From NCBI GenBank assembly GCA_963675595.2, contig CAXXLZ010000002.1, positions 3,936,001 to 4,000,000 on the forward strand: a stretch of DNA of 64,000 nucleotides, in the 5' to 3' direction. Origin of the DNA: Thermodesulfobacteriota bacterium. GTDB lineage: Bacteria > Desulfobacterota > Desulfarculia > JACQYL01. The notes under the pieces were generated by a model. It saw nothing but the letters and a program-made list of their open reading frames with translations. It did no database searches and was not told where the DNA came from. A program made the position numbers and the translations under genes. Shown one piece after another: positions 58,643 through 64,000 of the stretch. The stretch's first letter is position 1; every line of letters begins with the position of its first letter.

Positions 58643-59737
58643 GTGAATGTCTTGCTAGTGGCCGGAGCACGGCCTAATTTCATGAAAATCGCTCCTTTGT
58701 ACCGGGAGTCTCGTCGCTATCCCGACGTACGTTGCCGGATCGTACATACGGGTCAGCATTACGATTACGTCATGTCTCAAGCGTTTTTTGAAGACCTAGA
58801 GCTGCCGGCGCCCGACTTCTTCTTGGAGGCCGGGTCCGGTTCCCACGCGCATCAGACGGCCAAGATCATGGTGGCTTTTGAAGAAGTGTGTGAACGGGAA
58901 CATCCGGATCTGGTCGTCGTGGTGGGAGACGTTAATTCGACCTTGGCATGCGGCATCGTGGCCAAAAAGCTGTGGATACTGCTGGCGCACGTGGAGGCCG
59001 GGTTGCGGAGTTTCGATCGCAGGATGCCCGAGGAGATCAACCGTCTTGTGACGGACGCGGTTTCGGATTTGTTCTTCGTTACCGAGGAACGCGCCGTCGA
59101 GAATCTGGTACGAGAGGGTAAGCTTGAGGAGCAGGTTCATCAGGTGGGCAACGTGATGATTGATAACCTGCATCACCAACTTGAGCGCTTGAACCGGGAC
59201 GACCAAACGCGCTTTCCCTCCTTCGAACTCAAGAAAAGGCTCGGGGATTATGCGTTTCTTACGCTTCATCGACCGTCCAACGTCGATTCTCGAGAGGTCT
59301 TTCAAGGGATCGTGAAGGCCGTCGATCGAATATCGGAAGAGATGGATATCCTCTTCCCCGTGCATCCCCGGACCCGAGAAACCATGAGTCGCTTCGATGT
59401 TCGCTTTTCGGATCGGGTGCACCTGCTTCCGCCGTTGGGCTTCAGGGAATCCTTGTTTCTTTGGAAAGACGCCCGAGTGGTCCTGACGGACAGCGGGGGG
59501 CTGCAGGAAGAAACCACCGCCCTGTCGATTCCCTGCGTAACCATTCGAGAGAATACGGAACGACCCATCACCGTAGAGGTGGGGAGCAACGTGCTCGCCG
59601 GAACCGAAACGGGAAAGATACTTGATGCGTACGGGCAATCGCTGAAAAGGGCCGAATCGGGCTCCGCCGTGCCGCCTCTATGGGACGGGCGGGCTGCGGA
59701 ACGGATATGGCGGGTATTGGTGGGCGCGGGAGGCTGA
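58643..59737 (+). CDS. wecB: UDP-N-acetylglucosamine 2-epimerase (non-hydrolysing)
   Basis: GARPNFMK, HTGQHYD, GDVNST, HVEAGLRS, PEEINR, TDSGGLQEE, TERP. Confidence 0.93.
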   Translation: MNVLLVAGARPNFMKIAPLYRESRRYPDVRCRIVHTGQHYDYVMSQAFFEDLELPAPDFFLEAGSGSHAHQTAKIMVAFEEVCEREHPDLVVVVGDVNSTLACGIVAKKLWILLAHVEAGLRSFDRRMPEEINRLVTDAVSDLFFVTEERAVENLVREGKLEEQVHQVGNVMIDNLHHQLERLNRDDQTRFPSFELKKRLGDYAFLTLHRPSNVDSREVFQGIVKAVDRISEEMDILFPVHPRTRETMSRFDVRFSDRVHLLPPLGFRESLFLWKDARVVLTDSGGLQEETTALSIPCVTIRENTERPITVEVGSNVLAGTETGKILDAYGQSLKRAESGSAVPPLWDGRAAERIWRVLVGAGG

Positions 59738-59823
59738 GGTATTCGAGGCTGAAACGGAATGGACTCGGGCTCCTGAAAACTCCGTCGTGAACGGGATGGA
59801 ACCTGAAAATCGGTTGGAGAACC

Positions 59824-61380
59824 ATGGCGATCAATATTGGAATCGTAATCGTATACGCCTTGCTTCTCGGGGGCATCTACTACGAAACTCTTACCTACAT
59901 GGTCGCCCGCTGGGACGGTGACTACAGCTACTGCTATCTCGTCCCTCCCATTGTTCTTTATCTGTTATGGGAGAACAGGAAAGAGGTAATGCGAAAGCCC
60001 GCGGCCGTGGGGCCGTGGGGGCTGATCCCGTTCTTCCTGGGAGTGGCGTTCTTCTGGTTCGGCGAATTCGGCGGGGAGTATTTGTCCCTTTTTCTCTCAT
60101 TCTGGCTCGTCTTGGTGGGGCTTCTGTGGATCCATCTGGGCCGCGAAAAGATCAAGGCCGTGTGGTTTCCTTTGGTCCTGATTCCCACCATGTTTCCACC
60201 CCCAAGTTTTCTGCATAACAAGTTGACCGTCTATCTTCAACTGGCCGCCTCGAAACTCGGTGTGGACATGATCCATCTCGCGGGGATTACGGCCTACCGT
60301 GACGGCAACATTATCGATCTGGGTTTCACACGGCTCCAGGTAGTGGAAGCCTGCAGCGGCCTGAGGTATCTTTTCCCTCTGATCATTCTGGGGCTTTTGC
60401 TGGCCTATTTCTTCAAAGCGAAATTATGGAAGCGCAGTTTGCTGGTGGTTTCGGCCATTCCCCTGGCGATTTTTACCAACAGCATGCGCATCGCGCTGAC
60501 GGGCATTATTTCCGAGCTCTGGAGTACCGAGGCGGCCGAGGGGTTCTTTCACGGATTCTCCGGGTGGTTCATCTTCATGTTTTCTCTGGCGGTTCTTCTG
60601 CTGGAGATGTGGTTGCTGGGAAAGATACCCGATGGAAGGGACGAACAAGCCGGGAAAGACGAGGTTTCGCCGAAGAAGACCTCCGTATCTTCGAGTCCCG
60701 CCGGGCGGAACACCGGAAATGTTTGGGGCTTCGGCGCCCTGATCACCATCCTGATCCTGACCGGCACTTTGGGGTTCGCGAGGATGCATGAATACCGAGA
60801 ACAGGTGCCCGCCTTGCAGTCCATGAGGTACTTTCCCATGGAGATCGACGGATGGAAGGGAACAAGGCAACCCTTGGAATCCGACGTCCTGAAGGAACTG
60901 GATCTGACCGATTATGTTTGGGCCGATTACCGGAACGACAAGGGTCGCGATGTCAATTTCTATATGGCGTATTACGCGAGTCAGAGAAAAGGCGAGTCCA
61001 TTCATTCGCCGGAGTCGTGCCTGCCCGGCGGAGGCTGGTTGTTCAAGGAAGCGGGTACGATCAGCCTTGCTCCGCCCCGCCCCGGTATGACGTCATTGGT
61101 GGTCAATCGGGCCATCATGCAGAAACTCGACTACCGTCAGATCGTATATTACTGGTTTCCCCAGAGGGGGAGGGACTTGACCAATGCCTATCAGCTGAAG
61201 TTGTTTACTTTTTGGGATGCTTTAACCATAAATCGGACGGACGGGGCGCTGGTTCGCCTGATTACTCCCGTATATTCCGATGAATCGGCGAAGGACTCCG
61301 AAGAGCGACTACTTCGGTTCACTTGGGAAGTGCAGCCTCTCCTTGGGGAGTACATTCCGGGACGCGCCATCGACAAGTGA
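59824..61380 (+). CDS. Exosortase fused to an EpsI-like domain (probably XrtD type)
   Basis: Catalytic Cys in VVEACSGLRY, Arg in NSMRI, His in FFHGF; C-terminal IHSPESCLPGGGW, YYWF, DGALVRL. Confidence 0.88.
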   Translation: MAINIGIVIVYALLLGGIYYETLTYMVARWDGDYSYCYLVPPIVLYLLWENRKEVMRKPAAVGPWGLIPFFLGVAFFWFGEFGGEYLSLFLSFWLVLVGLLWIHLGREKIKAVWFPLVLIPTMFPPPSFLHNKLTVYLQLAASKLGVDMIHLAGITAYRDGNIIDLGFTRLQVVEACSGLRYLFPLIILGLLLAYFFKAKLWKRSLLVVSAIPLAIFTNSMRIALTGIISELWSTEAAEGFFHGFSGWFIFMFSLAVLLLEMWLLGKIPDGRDEQAGKDEVSPKKTSVSSSPAGRNTGNVWGFGALITILILTGTLGFARMHEYREQVPALQSMRYFPMEIDGWKGTRQPLESDVLKELDLTDYVWADYRNDKGRDVNFYMAYYASQRKGESIHSPESCLPGGGWLFKEAGTISLAPPRPGMTSLVVNRAIMQKLDYRQIVYYWFPQRGRDLTNAYQLKLFTFWDALTINRTDGALVRLITPVYSDESAKDSEERLLRFTWEVQPLLGEYIPGRAIDK

Positions 61381-61576
61381 CGGTTCAAGCGAAAGGCTTC
61401 CCTGCAAGCCGACAATCAATCTTTGGCGCGGTGATTTCTGAAGGGGGCGGATTTCCGTTCCCTCCTCTCCAAATTCGATAGGTGAGTTGCGCGTTGCTTG
61501 GAGTGACGAGATTTCCGGCAACGCACACGACTCCGGAATTCAATCACCCCACTCACTTTTGAGGAATCCGACCGGC

Positions 61577-63238
61577 ATGTTCAGTTTTTTTGCCCTGCTT
61601 CTAGCCTTCTACATTACGGTGGTGCTCATCCCATTCACCAACCGTCTGGCGTTGAGGCTTGGAGTTATGGATGTGCCGTCGGAGGCCCGCAAAGTGCATG
61701 TTCATCCGACCCCCAGAACGGGAGGTATCGCCTTGGCGGGCGGGATTCTGGTTCCCGCCTTGATTTGGCTCCCCATGGGTCGAGAAATGAAGGCCTTTTT
61801 CACCGGTGCCGGGGTGATCTTCGTTTTCGGGTTACTGGACGATTTGTTCAATCTGGATTACCGGAAGAAGTTTACGGGGCAGATTCTTGCGGTGTGCCTG
61901 ACCATGGCCATGGGCGGCTTCTTCATTAGAGATTTGGGCATGTGGGGCGGGTATGAAGTGGTATTGAACGCATGGCTCGGGGTTCCTCTTACTATTCTGT
62001 TTCTCGTGTCCACGACCAATGCGATCAACTTGGCGGACGGTTTGGACGGGCTGGCGGGAGGGCTGTGCATCATCATATTCGGCGCCATCGGTTTGCTGGC
62101 CTACACGCAGAGCAGCACCGACCTGGCAGTCTGTTGCCTCATCATCATCGGAGCTTTGCTGGGTTTTCTCCGATACAATACATTTCCGGCAACCGTCTTC
62201 ATGGGGGACACCGGATCCCAGCTCTTGGGCTTTTCCGCGGGTGTGCTGTCACTTTACTTAACCCAAGGAGAATCCACGTCTTTGGCCCGATCGCTCCCCC
62301 TCCTGATTGTGGGATTTCCTCTCCTGGATATGGCCTCGGTGATGGTGGAACGGATGTTGGAGGGACAATCACCCTTTAAGGCGGACAAGCGACATTTCCA
62401 CCACCGTTTGCTTAAAATGGGCGGATCCCAGGTTGCTTCCGTTGTATTCATCTATGTGCTGCAGAGCGCCATGGTTTTTTTCGCCTGCTATTTCAGGTAC
62501 TACCCCGAGGACTGGATCGCTGCGATCTATCTGGCCATTGCCGCGCCGTTGCTGCTTCTCTTATGGATCAGTGTCCGATTCGGGGTTCATTTCGGCCCTC
62601 TGTTAAGCTGGGGTGAAGGATGGGTCGAATCTTTCACGACCGGCCGCCTGGGCGGAATGATCATGAACGGTTGTCTGGTCGTCATGAAGATCGTACTGAG
62701 TATCGGCCTGCCTTGGCTTGCCCTGTCTTGTGAGCCTAAATTCGCCGCCAGTTGGGAATCCGTGATCTTCCTGCTGGTGGGGGCAATGGTCGTCCTGTCG
62801 TACTGGATCCGGAAGTCCTTGTTTCGAAGGTTGATGACCTATTCCCTATACTTGGTGGGATTCTTTCTGATGTTTGCCACCAGGGGCGGGGAACTGGCCT
62901 TTGTGCACGTTCCCATTCGATTATTCAACTACGTGTTTTGGGGATTTCTGGCCGCAGTGCTGGTGATTTACCTGGTGGTCAGCAAATTCAAGGATCTAGA
63001 GGCCAGTACGGTTGATTATTTGTTACTCCTTCTGGTGGCTTTGGTGCCTTTCCTGCCTCTTGAACAAGTCCATGAATACCATTTGGGGTCCATTGCGGGA
63101 GCCATGATCGTTCTGCTTTGGGTCAGTGAGGTCGTTGTCCGAAACCAGAAAAGAATGTGGGGCCTGCTCGTTTTTTCCTCGCTGGTTTCTCTGCTTCTGG
63201 TGGGGCTCAAAGGGTTGGGATGGGGGATTGGATCCTGA
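61577..63238 (+). CDS. WecA/MraY-family undecaprenyl-phosphate GlcNAc-1-P transferase with a C-terminal membrane extension
   Basis: RKVH..PTPR.GG, GLLDD, NAINL.DGLDGLA, FMGDTG, D..HFHH, then roughly 200 further hydrophobic residues. Confidence 0.9.
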   Translation: MFSFFALLLAFYITVVLIPFTNRLALRLGVMDVPSEARKVHVHPTPRTGGIALAGGILVPALIWLPMGREMKAFFTGAGVIFVFGLLDDLFNLDYRKKFTGQILAVCLTMAMGGFFIRDLGMWGGYEVVLNAWLGVPLTILFLVSTTNAINLADGLDGLAGGLCIIIFGAIGLLAYTQSSTDLAVCCLIIIGALLGFLRYNTFPATVFMGDTGSQLLGFSAGVLSLYLTQGESTSLARSLPLLIVGFPLLDMASVMVERMLEGQSPFKADKRHFHHRLLKMGGSQVASVVFIYVLQSAMVFFACYFRYYPEDWIAAIYLAIAAPLLLLLWISVRFGVHFGPLLSWGEGWVESFTTGRLGGMIMNGCLVVMKIVLSIGLPWLALSCEPKFAASWESVIFLLVGAMVVLSYWIRKSLFRRLMTYSLYLVGFFLMFATRGGELAFVHVPIRLFNYVFWGFLAAVLVIYLVVSKFKDLEASTVDYLLLLLVALVPFLPLEQVHEYHLGSIAGAMIVLLWVSEVVVRNQKRMWGLLVFSSLVSLLLVGLKGLGWGIGS

Positions 63239-63366
63239 CGGCGCGCGGACGCTATGGGGCCTTTGCGTGTAACCGGCGATCCTCTTTGACTTTTCGTGTT
63301 TGTTTTGCTCTGTTAGAGTGTACAATACTACAATTTCAAGTAACTATTCGAGCATGGAGCATGGGG

Positions 63367-63933
63367 ATGAGAGTATTTAAGATGGCATTGGTGATCGTGT
63401 GCGTCCTACTCACTTCCCAATTGGGGACTGCGTGGGCGGAGGAAGCCGGAGACGACTACATTATCCGGCCGCCGGACGTGCTCGAGATTTCAGTTTATGG
63501 TGAGCCGGAATTGAGTCGTCAACTCGTTGTACGGCCCGACGGAAGGGTGAGTTTTCCCCTGATCGGCGACATTCGGGTGGCGGGACGATCGACTCGGCAG
63601 GTGAAAGAACTGGTGGACCAGAAACTCGACGCTTTTGTGCCTGAAGCCAGTTCCACGGTGATCGTCCGGGACTTGGGGAGTCTGATGTATTTCGTCATCG
63701 GGCAAGTCGCCAAACCGGGCGTCTTTAACGTGTCCACGCCTTTGACCGTTCTGCAGGCGTTGTCGCTGGCCGGAGGAATGACCACGTTTGCCGATACGGA
63801 CGATATCCTCATCATACGCGGACATGGAGAAGCGACCCAAAGGCTCAGGTTCGATTATAGTGAGGTGCGGAAAGGCAAAAAACTCGAAGACAACATCCTC
63901 CTTGAGAGAGGCGATGTGGTTCTAGTTCCGTAG
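63367..63933 (+). CDS. Polysaccharide biosynthesis/export protein (short Wza-like, Poly_export + SLBB)
   Basis: Signal peptide; Y.I.P.D.L.I.V, VRPDG.VSFPLIG, GQV.KPG, LQAL.LAGG, L..GDVV.VP. Confidence 0.9.
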   Translation: MRVFKMALVIVCVLLTSQLGTAWAEEAGDDYIIRPPDVLEISVYGEPELSRQLVVRPDGRVSFPLIGDIRVAGRSTRQVKELVDQKLDAFVPEASSTVIVRDLGSLMYFVIGQVAKPGVFNVSTPLTVLQALSLAGGMTTFADTDDILIIRGHGEATQRLRFDYSEVRKGKKLEDNILLERGDVVLVP

Positions 63934-64000
63934 GCGGTTGCTGATAAATGCGATCTTCCGCGTTGCGCTTCATCCGTCGTCAATTGGTCAATCCACTGCT

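Noticed and set aside
59748-59810. Short imperfect duplication (AACGGRATGGA...CCTGAAAA) before the exosortase gene
   Set aside because: Too short and degenerate to assign a function.
61544-61553. Inverted copy of AGTGGGGTGA upstream of wecA as a third repeat copy
   Set aside because: Only a 10-nt match in the opposite orientation, and the other blocks are not colinear.
1-64000. CRISPR arrays, tRNA/rRNA genes, IS or transposase genes, integrases
   Set aside because: By eye I saw no regularly spaced repeats, cloverleaf/T-loop contexts or transposase/integrase motifs. A tool scan could still find small RNAs.

Overview
Moderately GC-rich bacterial chromosome segment. Gene content suggests an anaerobic Desulfobacterota/deltaproteobacterium (inference). 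Nearly all genes are on the + strand. In order: a degenerate AAA_21-type ATPase, an HD-GYP phosphodiesterase and a membrane class III nucleotide cyclase (0.3-4.4 kb); a FabB/F + CrtI-like oxidoreductase + B12-radical SAM block, then a DHH-CBS gene and a second B12-radical SAM (4.6-11.6 kb); a radical SAM-ArsM-Cys-rich fusion, mop, DUF364 and two small hypothetical genes (11.8-18.3 kb); an ADP-ribosylglycohydrolase divergent from recC-recB-recD (18.6-28.7 kb); enoyl-CoA hydratase, a REC-NrtA/NasS-like-CheW fusion, greA, aroD-aroE fusion, EAL-CBS-GGDEF, mobA, ampG-like MFS, THUMP methyltransferase and cysC (29-42 kb); and a sigma54-preceded, exosortase-linked Wzx/Wzy exopolysaccharide locus reaching the window end (42.2-64 kb). 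By eye I found no rRNA, tRNA, CRISPR array or transposase. Best leads for undescribed systems: (1) the cytoplasmic CheY-ligand sensor-CheW fusion, (2) the radical SAM-ArsM fusion with a cysteine-less SPASM-like domain, (3) the ketosynthase/CrtI-like/B12-radical SAM lipid-tailoring operon, and (4) a duplicated structured non-coding element flanking the first EPS-locus gene. All family calls come from motif recognition only; no searches were run.
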